Assembly (NCBI GenBank): GCA_964016885.1
Contig: OZ024742.1
Coordinates: forward strand, 141,236,001-141,300,000
Source: Eledone cirrhosa
Lineage: Eukaryota
DNA: 64,000 nucleotides
Direction of reading: 5' to 3'
The notes beneath the pieces were generated by a model. It searched no databases, had not been told where the DNA came from, and saw only the letters and a program-made list of their open reading frames with translations. The stretch's first letter is position 1. The number at the start of each line of letters is the position of its first letter. Shown piece after piece: positions 53,001 through 64,000 of the stretch. A program made the translations under genes and the position numbers.

Positions 53001-56000
53001 TCGCCCTTACTGCCAATCTCTCGCCCTTACTGCCAATCTCTCGCCCTTACTGCCAATCTCTCGCCCTTACTGCCAATCTCTCGCCCTTACTGCCAATCCA
53101 TCGCCCTTACTGCCAATCCATCGCCCTTACTGCCAATCTCTCGCCCTTACTGCCAATCTCTCGCCCTTACTGCCAATCTCTCGCCCTTACTGCCAATCTC
53201 TCGCCCTTACTGCCAATCTCTCGCCCTTACTGCCAATCCATCGCTCTTACTGCCAATCTCTCGCCCTTACTGCCAATCTCTCGCCCTTACTGCCAATCCA
53301 TCGCCCTTACTGCCAATCTCTCGCCCTTACTGCCAATCTCTCGCCCTTACTGCCAATCTCTCGCCCTTACTGCCAATCTCTCGCCCTTACTGCCAATCTC
53401 TCGCCCTTACTGCCAATCCATCGCTCTTACTGCCAATCCATCGCCCTTACTGCCAATCTCTCGCCCTTACTGCCAATCTCTCGCCCTTACTGCCAATCTC
53501 TCGCCCTTACTGCCAATCTCTCGCCCTTACTGCCAATCTCTCGCCCTTACTGCCAATCCATCGCTCTTACTGCCAATCTCTCGCCCTTACTGCCAATCTC
53601 TCGCCCTTACTGCCAATCTCTCGCCCTTACTGCCAATCCATCGCTCTTACTGCCAATCCATCGCCCTTACTGCCAATCTCTCGCCCTTACTGCCAATCTC
53701 TCGCCCTTACTGCCAATCTCTCGCCCTTACTGCCAATCTCTCGCCCTTACTGCCAATCTCTCGCCCTTACTGCCAATCCATCGCTCTTACTGCCAATCTC
53801 TCGCCCTTACTGCCAATCTCTCGCCCTTACTGCCAATCCATCGCCCTTACTGCCAATCTCTCGCCCTTACTGCCAATCTCTCGCCCTTACTGCCAATCTC
53901 TCGCCCTTACTGCCAATCTCTCGCCCTTACTGCCAATCTCTCGCCCTTACTGCCAATCTCTCGCCCTTACTGCCAATCTCTCGCCCTTACTGCCAATCTC
54001 TCGCCCTTACTGCCAATCTCTCGCCCTTACTGCCAATCCATCGCTCTTACTGCCAATCCATCGCCCTTACTGCCAATCTCTCGCCCTTACTGCCAATCTC
54101 TCGCCCTTACTGCCAATCTCTCGCCCTTACTGCCAATCTCTCGCCCTTACTGCCAATCTCTCGCCCTTACTGCCAATCCATCGCTCTTACTGCCAATCTC
54201 TCGCCCTTACTGCCAATCTCTCGCCCTTACTGCCAATCCATCGCCCTTACTGCCAATCTCTCGCCCTTACTGCCAATCTCTCGCCCTTACTGCCAATCTC
54301 TCGCCCTTACTGCCAATCTCTCGCCCTTACTGCCAATCTCTCGCCCTTACTGCCAATCCATCGCTCTTACTGCCAATCCATCGCCCTTACTGCCAATCTC
54401 TCGCCCTTACTGCCAATCTCTCGCCCTTACTGCCAATCTCTCGCCCTTACTGCCAATCTCTCGCCCTTACTGCCAATCTCTCGCCCTTACTGCCAATCCA
54501 TCGCTCTTACTGCCAATCCATCGCCCTTACTGCCAATCTCTCGCCCTTACTGCCAATCCATCGCCCTTACTGCCAATCTCTCGCCCTTACTGCCAATCTC
54601 TCGCCCTTACTGCCAATCTCTCGCCCTTACTGCCAATCCATCGCCCTTACTGCCAATCTCTCGCCCTTACTGCCAATCTCTCGCCCTTACTGCCAATCTC
54701 TCGCCCTTACTGCCAATCCATCGCCCTTACTGCCAATCTCTCGCCCTTACTGCCAATCTCTCGCCCTTACTGCCAATCTCTCGCCCTTACTGCCAATCTC
54801 TCGCCCTTACTGCCAATCTCTCGCCCTTACTGCCAATCCATCGCCCTTACTGCCAATCTCTCGCCCTTACTGCCAATCTCTCGCCCTTACTGCCAATCTC
54901 TCGCCCTTACTGCCAATCTCTCGCCCTTACTGCCAATCTCTCGCCCTTACTGCCAATCCATCGCTCTTACTGCCAATCCATCGCCCTTACTGCCAATCTC
55001 TCGCCCTTACTGCCAATCTCTCGCCCTTACTGCCAATCTCTCGCCCTTACTGCCAATCTCTCGCCCTTACTGCCAATCTCTCGCCCTTACTGCCAATCCA
55101 TCGCTCTTACTGCCAATCCATCGCCCTTACTGCCAATCTCTCGCCCTTACTGCCAATCTCTCGCCCTTACTGCCAATCTCTCGCCCTTACTGCCAATCTC
55201 TCGCCCTTACTGCCAATCTCTCGCCCTTACTGCCAATCCATCGCTCTTACTGCCAATCCATCGCCCTTACTGCCAATCTCTCGCCCTTACTGCCAATCTC
55301 TCGCCCTTACTGCCAATCTCTCGCCCTTACTGCCAATCTCTCGCCCTTACTGCCAATCTCTCGCCCTTACTGCCAATCCATCGCTCTTACTGCCAATCCA
55401 TCGCCCTTACTGCCAATCTCTCGCCCTTACTGCCAATCTCTCGCCCTTACTGCCAATCCATCGCCCTTACTGCCAATCTCTCGCCCTTACTGCCAATCTC
55501 TCGCCCTTACTGCCAATCTCCCCCCCTTACTGCCAATCTCTCCCCCTTACTGCCAATCTCTCGCCCTTACTGCCAATCTCTCGCCCTTACTGCCAATCTC
55601 TCGCCCTTACTGCCAATCTCTCGCCCTTACTGCCAATCTCTCGCCCTTACTGCCAATCTCTCCCCCTTACTGCCAATCTCTCGCCCTTACTGCCAATCCA
55701 TCGCCCTTACTGCCAATCCATCGCCCTTACTGCCAATCTCTCCCCCTTACTGCCAATCTCTCGCCCTTACTGCCAATCCATCGCCCTTACTGCCAATCTC
55801 TCGCCCTTACTGCCAATCTCTCGCCCTTACTGCCAATCTCTCCCCCTTACTGCCAATCTCTCGCCCTTACTGCCAATCCATCGCCCTTCCTGCCAATCTC
55901 TCGCCCTTACTGCCAATCTCTCGCCCTTACTGCCAATCCATCGCCCTTACTGCCAATCCATCGCCCTTCCTGCCAATCCCTCGCCCTTACTGCCAATCTC

Positions 56001-59000
56001 TCGCCCTTACTGCCAATCTCTCGCCCTTACTGCCAATGTCTCGCCCTTCCTGCCAATCCCTCGCCCTTACTGCCAATCTCTCGCCCTTACTGCCAATCTC
56101 TCGCCCTTACTGCCAATGTCTCGCCCTTACTGCCAATCCATCGCCCTTACTGCCAATCTCTCGCCCTTACTTCCAATCTCTCGCCCTTACTGCCAATCTC
56201 TCCCCCTTACTGCCAATTCATCGCCCTTTCTGCCAATCCATCGCCCTTACTGCCGATCTCTCGCCCTTACTGCCAATCTCTCGCCCTTACTGCCAATCTC
56301 TCGCCCTTACTGCCAATCTCTCGCCCTTACTGCCAATCCATCGCTCTTACTGCCAATCCATCGCCCTTACTGCCAATCTCTCGCCCTTACTGCCAATCTC
56401 TCGCCCTTACTGCCAATCTCTCGCCCTTACTGCCAATCTCTCCCCCTTACTGCCAATCTCTCGCCCTTACTGCCAATCCATCGCTCTTACTGCCAATCTC
56501 TCGCCCTTACTGCCAATCTCTCGCCCTTACTGCCAATCTCTCGCCCTTACTGCCAATCTCTCGCCCTTACTGCCAATCTCTCGCCCTTACTGCCAATCTC
56601 TCGCCCTTACTGCCAATCCATCGCTCTTACTGCCAATCCATCGCCCTTACTGCCAATCTCTCGCCCTTACTGCCAATCTCTCGCCCTTACTGCCAATCCA
56701 TCGCCCTTACTGCCAATCTCTCGCCCTTACTGCCAATCTCTCGCCCTTACTGCCAATCTCCCCCCCTTACTGCCAATCTCTCGCCCTTACTGCCAATCTC
56801 TCGCCCTTACTGCCAATCCATCGCCCTTACTGCCAATCCATCGCCCTTCCTGCCAATCTCTCGCCCTTACTGCCGATCTCTCGCCCTTACTGCCAATCTC
56901 TCGCCCTTACTGCCAATCTCTCCCCCTTACTGCCAATCTCTCGCCCTTACTGCCAATCTCTCGCCCTTACTGCCAATCTCTCGCCCTTACTGCCAATCTC
57001 TCGCCCTTACTGCCAATCTCTCGCCCTTACTGCCAATCTCTCCCCCTTACTGCCAATCTCTCGCCCTTACTGCCAATCCATCGCCCTTACTGCCAATCCA
57101 TCGCCCTTACTGCCAATCTCTCCCCCTTACTGCCAATCTCTCGCCCTTACTGCCAATCCATCGCCCTTACTGCCAATCTCTCGCCCTTACTGCCAATCTC
57201 TCGCCCTTACTGCCAATCTCTCCCCCTTACTGCCAATCTCTCGCCCTTACTGCCAATCCATCGCCCTTCCTGCCAATCTCTCGCCCTTACTGCCAATCTC
57301 TCGCCCTTACTGCCAATCCATCGCCCTTACTGCCAATCCATCGCCCTTCCTGCCAATCCCTCGCCCTTACTGCCAATCTCTCGCCCTTACTGCCAATCTC
57401 TCGCCCTTACTGCCAATCCATCGCCCTTACTGCCAATCTCTCGCCCTTACTTCCAATCTCTCGCCCTTACTGCCAATCTCTCGCCCTTACTGCCAATCTC
57501 TCCCCCTTACTGCCAATTCATCGCCCTTTCTGCCAATCCATCGCCCTTACTGCCGATCTCTCGCCCTTACTGCCAATCTCTCGCCCTTACTGCCAATCTC
57601 TCCCCCTTACTGCCAATCTCTCGCCCTTACTGCCAATCTCTCGCCCTTACTGCCAATCCATCGCCCTTACTGCCAATCTCTCGCCCTTACTGCCAATCTC
57701 TCGCCCTTACTGCCAATCTCTCCCCCTTACTGCCAATCTCTCGCCCTTACTGCCAATCTCTCCCCCTTACTGCCAATCTCTCGCCCTTACTGCCAATCTC
57801 TCGCCCTTACTGCCAATCCATCGCCCTTACTGCCAATCTCTCGCCCTTACTGCCAATCTCTCGCCCTTACTGCCAATCTCTCGCCCTTACTGCCAATCCA
57901 TCGCCCTTACTGCCAATCCATCGCCCTTCCTGCCAATCTCTCGCCCTTACTGCCAATCTCTCGCCCTTACTGCCAATCTCTCGCCCTTACTGCCAATCTC
58001 TCGCCCTTACTGCCAATCTCTCGCCCTTACTGCCAATCTCTCGCCCTTACTGCCAATTCATCGCCCTTACTGCCAATACATCGCCCTTTCTGCCAATGTC
58101 TCGCCCTTACTGCCAATCTCTCGCCCTTACTGCCAATCTCTCGCCCTTACTGCCAATCTCTCGCCCTTACTGCCAATCCATCGCCCTTACTGCCAATCTC
58201 TCGCCCTTACTGCCAATCTCTCGCCCTTACTGCCAATCTCTCGCTCTTACTGCCAATCTCTCGCCCTTACTGCCAATCTCTCGCCCTTACTGCCAATCCA
58301 TCGACCTTCCTGCCAATCTCTCGCCCTTACTGCCAATCTCTCGCCCTTACTGCCAATCTCTCGCCCTTACTGCCAATCCATCGCTCTTACTGCCAATCCA
58401 TCGCCCTTACTGCCAATCTCTCGCTCTTACTGCCAATCTCTCGCCCTTACTGCCAATCTCTCGCCCTTACTGCCAATCCATCGACCTTCCTGCCAATCTC
58501 TCGCCCTTACTGCCAATCTCTCGCCCTTACTGCCAATCCATCGACCTTCCTGCCAATCTCTCGCCCTTACTGCCAATCTCTCGCCCTTACTGCCAATCTC
58601 TCGCCCTTACTGCCAATCCATCGCCCTTACTGCCAATCTCTCGCCCTTACTGCCAATCTCTCGCCCTTACTGCCAATCTCTCGCTCTTACTGCCAATCTC
58701 TCGCCCTTACTGCCAATCTCTCGCCCTTACTGCCAATCCATCGACCTTCCTGCCAATCTCTCGCCCTTACTGCCAATCTCTCGCCCTTACTGCCAATCTC
58801 TCGCCCTTACTGCCAATCCATCGCTCTTACTGCCAATCCATCGCCCTTACTGCCAATCTCTCGCTCTTACTGCCAATCTCTCGCCCTTACTGCCAATCTC
58901 TCGCCCTTACTGCCAATCCATCGACCTTCCTGCCAATCTCTCGCCCTTACTGCCAATCTCTCGCCCTTACTGCCAATCCATCGACCTTCCTGCCAATCTC

Positions 59001-62000
59001 TCGCCCTTACTGCCAATCTCTCGCCCTTACTGCCAATCTCTCGCCCTTACTGCCAATCCATCGCTCTTACTGCCAATCCATCGCCCTTACTGCCAATCTC
59101 TCGCCCTTACTGCCAATCCATCGCCCTTACTGCCAATCTCTCGCCCTTACTGCCAATTCATCGCCCTTACTGCCAATCCATCGCCCTTTCTGCCAATCTC
59201 TCGCCCTTACTGCCAATCTCTCGTCCTTACTGCCAATCTCTCGCCCTTACTGCCAATCTCTCGCCCTTACTGCCGATCTCTCGCCCTTACTGCCAATTCA
59301 TCGCCCTTACTGCCAATACATCGCCCTTTCTGCCAATGTCTCGCCCTTACTGCCAATCTCTCGCCCTTACTGCCAATCTCTCGCCCTTACTGCCAATCTC
59401 TCGCCCTTACTGCCAATCCATCGCCCTTACTGCCAATCTCTCGCCCTTACTGCCAATCTCTCGCCCTTACTGCCAATCCATCGCTCTTACTGCCAATCCA
59501 TCGCCCTTACTGCCAATCTCTCGCCCTTACTGCCAATCTCTCGCCCTTACTGCCAATCCATCGCCCTTACTGCCGATCTCTCGCCCTTACTGCCAATCTC
59601 TCGCCCTTACTGCCAATCCATCGCTCTTACTGCCAATCCATCGCCCTTACTGCCAATCTCTCGCCCTTACTGCCAATCCATCGCCCTTACTGCCAATCTC
59701 TCGCCCTTACTGCCAATCCATCGCCCTTCCTGCCAATCTCTCGCCCTTACTGCCAATCTCTCGCCCTTACTGCCAATCTCTCGCCCTTAAAGCCAATCCA
59801 TCGCCCTTACTGCCGATCTCTCGCCCTTACTGCCAATTCATCGCCCTTACTGCCAATCCATCGCCCTTTCTGCCAATCTCTCGCCCTTACTGCCAATCTC
59901 TCGTCCTTACTGCCAATCTCTCGCCCTTACTGCCAATCTCTCGCCCTTACTGCCGATCTCTCGCCCTTACTGCCAATTCATCGCCCTTACTGCCAATACA
60001 TCGCCCTTTCTGCCAATGTCTCGCCCTTACTGCCAATCTCTCGCCCTTACTGCCAATCTCTCGCCCTTACTGCCAATCCATCGCCCTTCCTGCCAATCTC
60101 TCGCCCTTACTGACAATCTCTCGCCCTTACTGCCAATCTCTCGCCCTTACTGCCAATCCATCGCCCTTACTGCCAATCTCTCGCCCTTACTGCCAATCTC
60201 TCGCCCTTACTGCCAATCTCTCGCCCTTACTGCCAATCTCCCCCCCTTACTGCCAATCTCTCGCCCTTACTGCCAATCTCTCGCCCTTACTGCCAATCCA
60301 TCGCCCTTACTGCCAATCCATCGCCCTTCCTGCCAATCTCTCGCCCTTACTGCCAATCTCTCGCCCTTACTGCCAATCTCTCGCCCTTACTGCCAATCCA
60401 TCGCCCTTACTGCCAATCTCTCGCCCTTACTGCCAATCTCTCGCCCTTACTGCCAATCTCTCGCCCTTACTGCCAATCCATCGCCCTTACTGCCGATCTC
60501 TCGCCCTTACTGCCAATTCATCGCCCTTTCTGCCAATCCATCGCCCTTACTGCCGATCTCTCGCCCTTACTGCCAATCTCTCGCCCTTACTGCCAATCTC
60601 TCGCCCTTACTGCCAATCTCTCCCCCTTACTGCCAATCCATCGCCCTTCCTGCCAATCTCTCGCCCTTACTGCCAATCTCTCGCCCTTACTGCCAATCTC
60701 TCGCCCTTACTGCCAATCCATCGCCCTTACTGCCAATCTCTCGCCCTTACTTCCAATCTCTCGCCCTTACTGCCAATCTCTCCCCCTTACTGCCAATTCA
60801 TCGCCCTTACTGCCAATCCATCGCCCTTCCTGCCAATCTCTCGCCCTTACTGCCAATCTCTCGCCCTTACTGCCAATCTCTCGCCCTTACTGCCAATCTC
60901 TCGCCCTTACTGCCAATCTCTCGCCCTTACTGCCAATCTCTCCCCCTTACTGCCAATCTCTCGCCCTTACTGCCAATCCATCGCCCTTACTGCCAATCCA
61001 TCGCCCTTACTGCCAATCTCTCGCCCTTACTGCCAATCTCTCGCCTTTACTGCCAATCTCTCGCCCTTACTGCCAATCCATCGCCCTTACTGCCAATCCA
61101 TCGCCCTTCCTGCCAATCCATCGCCCTTACTGCCAATCTCTCGCCCTTACTGCCAATCCATTGCCCTTCCTGCCAATCCCTCGCCCTTACTGCCAATCTC
61201 TCGCCCTTACTGCCAATCTCTCGCCCTTACTGCCAATCCATCGCCCTTACTGCCAATCTCTCGCCCTTACTTCCAATCTCTCGCCCTTACTGCCAATCTC
61301 TCCCCCTTACTGCCAATTCATCGCCCTTTCTGCCAATCCATCGCCCTTACTGCCGATCTCTCGCCCTTACTGCCAATCTCTCGCCCTTACTGCCAATCTC
61401 TCGTCCTTACTGCCAATCCATCGCCCTTACTGCCAATCTCTCGCCCTTACTGCCAATCTCTCGCCCTTACTGCCAATCTCTCGCCCTTACTGCCAATCCA
61501 TCGCCCTTCCTGCCAATCTCTCGCCCTTACTGCCAATCTCTCGCCCATACTGCCAATCTCTCGCCCTTACTGCCAATCTCTCGCCCTTACTGCCAATCTC
61601 TCGCCCTTACTGCCAATCCATCGCCCTTCCTGCCAATCTCTCGCCCTTACTGCCAATCTCTCGCCCTTACTGCCGATCTCTCGCCCTTACTGCCAATCCA
61701 TCGCCCTTACTGCCAATCGCTCGCCCTTACTGCCAATCTCTCGCCCTTACTGCCAATCTCTCGCACTTACTGCCAATCCATCGCCCTTCCTGCCAATCTC
61801 TCGCCCTTACTGCCAATCTCTCGCCCTTACTGCCAATCTCTCGCCCTTACAGCCAATCCATCGCCCTTACTGCCGATCTCTCGCCCTTACTGCCAATTCA
61901 TCGCCCTTACTGCCAATCCATCGCCCTTTCTGCCAATCTCTCGCCCTTACTGCCAATCTCTCGTCCTTACTGCCAATCTCTCGCCCTTACTGCCAATCTC

Positions 62001-64000
62001 TCGCCCTTACTGCCAATCTCTCGCTCTTACTGCCAATCTCTCGCCCTTACTGCCAATCTCTCGCCCTTACTGCCAATCCATCGACCTTCCTGCCAATCTC
62101 TCGCCCTTACTGCCAATCTCTCGCCCTTACTGCCGATCTCTCGCCCTTACTGCGAATCCATCGCCCTTACTGCCAATCTCTCGCCCCTTACTGCCAATCT
62201 CTCGCCCTTACTGCCAATCTCTCGCCCTTACTGCCAATCCATCGCCCTTCCTGCCAATCTCTCGCCCTTACTGCCAATCTCTCGCCCTTACTGCCAATCT
62301 CTCGCCCTTACAGCCAATCCATCGCCCTTACTGCCGATCTCTCGCCCTTACTGCCAATTCATCGCCCTTACTGCCAATCCATCGCCCTTTCTGCCAATCT
62401 CTCGCCCTTACAGCCAATCTCTCGTCCTTACTGCCAATCTCTCCCCCTTACTGCCAATCTCTCGCCCTTACTGCCAATCCATCGCCCTTACTGCCGATCT
62501 CTCGCCCTTACTGCCAATTCATCGCCCTTACTGCCAATCCATCGCCCTTTCTGCCAATGTCTCGCCCTTACTGCCAATCTCTCGCCCTTACTGCCAATCT
62601 CTCGCCCTTACTGCCAATCTCTCGCCCTTACAGCCAATCCATCGCCCTTACTGCCGATCTCTCGCCCTTACTGCCAATTCATCGCCCTTACTGCCAATCC
62701 ATCGCCCTTTCTGCCAATCTCTCGCCCTTACAGCCAATCTCTCGTCCTTACTGCCAATCTCTCGCCCTTACTGCCAATCCATCGCCCTTACTGCCGATCT
62801 CTCGCCCTTACTGCCAATTCATCGCCCTTACTGCCAATCCATCGCCCTTTCTGCCAATGTCTCGCCCTTACTGCCAATCTCTCGCCCTTACTGCCAATCT
62901 CTCGCCCTTACTGCCAATCTCTCGCCCTTACAGCCAATCCATCGCCCTTACTGCCGATCTCTCGCCCTTACTGCCAATTCATCGCCCTTACTGCCAATCC
63001 ATCGCCCTTTCTGCCAATCTCTCGCCCTTACAGCCAATCTCTCGTCCTTACTGCCAATCTCTCGCCCTTACTGCCAATCCATCGCCCTTACTGCCGATCT
63101 CTCGCCCTTACTGCCAATTCATCGCCCTTACTGCCAATCCATCGCCCTTTCTGCCAATGTCTCGCCCTTACTGCCAATCTCTCGCCCTTACTGCCAATCT
63201 CTCGCCCTTACTGCCAATCTCTCGCCCTTACTGCCAATCCATCGCCCTTACTGCCAATCTCTCGCCCTTACTGCCAATCTCTCGCCCTTACTGCCAATCC
63301 ATCGCTCTTACTGCCAATCTGTCGCCCTTACTGCCAATCTCTCGCCCTTACTGCCAATCCATCGCTCTTACTGCCAATCTGTCGCCCTTACTGCCAATCC
63401 ATCGCCCTTACTGCCAATCTCTCGCCCTTACTGCCAATCTCTCGCCCTTACTGCTAATCCATCGCCCTTCCTGCCAATCTCTCGCCCTTACTGACAATCT
63501 CTCGCCCTTACTGCCAATCTCTCGCCCTTACTGCCAATCCATCGCCCTTACTGCCAATCTCTCGCCCCTTACTGCCAATCTCTCGCCCTTACTGCCAATC
63601 TCTCGCCCTTACTGCCAATCCATCGCCCTTCCTGCCAATCTCTCGCCCTTACTGCCAATCTCTCGCCCTTACTGCCAATCTCTCGCCCTTACAGCCAATC
63701 CATCGCCCTTACTGCCGATCTCTCGCCCTTACTGCCAATTCATCGCCCTTACTGCCAATCCATCGCCCTTTCTGCCAATCTCTCGCCCTTACTGCCAATC
63801 TCTCGTCCTTACTGCCAATCTCTCGCCCTTACTGCCAATCCATCGCCCTTACTGCCGATCTCTCGCCCTTACTGCCAATTCATCGCCCTTACTGCCAATC
63901 CATCGCCCTTTCTGCCAATGTCTCGCCCTTACTGCCAATCTCTCGCCCTTACTGCCAATCTCTCGCCCTTACTGCCAATCTCTCGCCCTTACTGCCAATC
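17071..64000. repeat. 20-bp satellite array, consensus TGCCAATCTCTCGCCCTTAC (main variant TGCCAATCCATCGCCCTTAC), about 2,350 units, running off the window
   Basis: Directly visible. The register is constant from 17071 to 62180, with +1 C insertions at ~62184-62187 and ~63565-63568. Confidence 0.99.

Noticed and set aside
17037-63494. Giant ORFs of 450-3987 aa with LLPISRPYCQSLALTANLSP repeats
   Set aside because: The 20-bp monomer has no stop codon on the plus strand, so all three frames are open and give the same 20-aa cycle. Starts and stops come only from rare variants, and there are no unique domains.
17071-64000. Telomere or telomere-like terminal array (TAAGGG resembles TTAGGG)
   Set aside because: The G-rich strand points toward the unique sequence rather than the open end, which is the wrong polarity for a telomere. 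The unit is also explained by the SINE head.
17071-64000. CRISPR array
   Set aside because: There are no unique spacers and no cas genes, and the context is eukaryotic.

Overview
Eukaryotic, repeat-dominated window with no host protein-coding gene that I can support. The repeat content suggests a cephalopod (Octopus-like) genome, which is an inference. The first ~17 kb is a nested set of decayed transposons and microsatellites. It holds three R4/Dong-type RLE LINE fragments and several copies of an RTE-derived non-autonomous element, mostly chained through (TATG)n tracts. It also holds a pogo/Tigger fossil, tRNA-derived SINEs, and several Penelope-like element (PLE) fragments, direct repeats and palindromes at (TA)n tracts. 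At least four sequence-distinct types of hammerhead-ribozyme-like motif occur in this region. From 17071 to the window end (~47 kb, about 2,350 units) lies a 20-bp satellite, TGCCAATC(TC/CA)TCGCCCTTAC. Its first unit is continuous with the 5' head and A-box of an antisense tRNA/Nin-type SINE, so the satellite appears to have arisen from the first 20 nt of that SINE copy. The array stays in exact 20-bp register for 45 kb and contains recent higher-order duplications (4060, 1381, 980, 440, 300 and 240 bp). The giant ORFs in the array are artefacts of the repeat.
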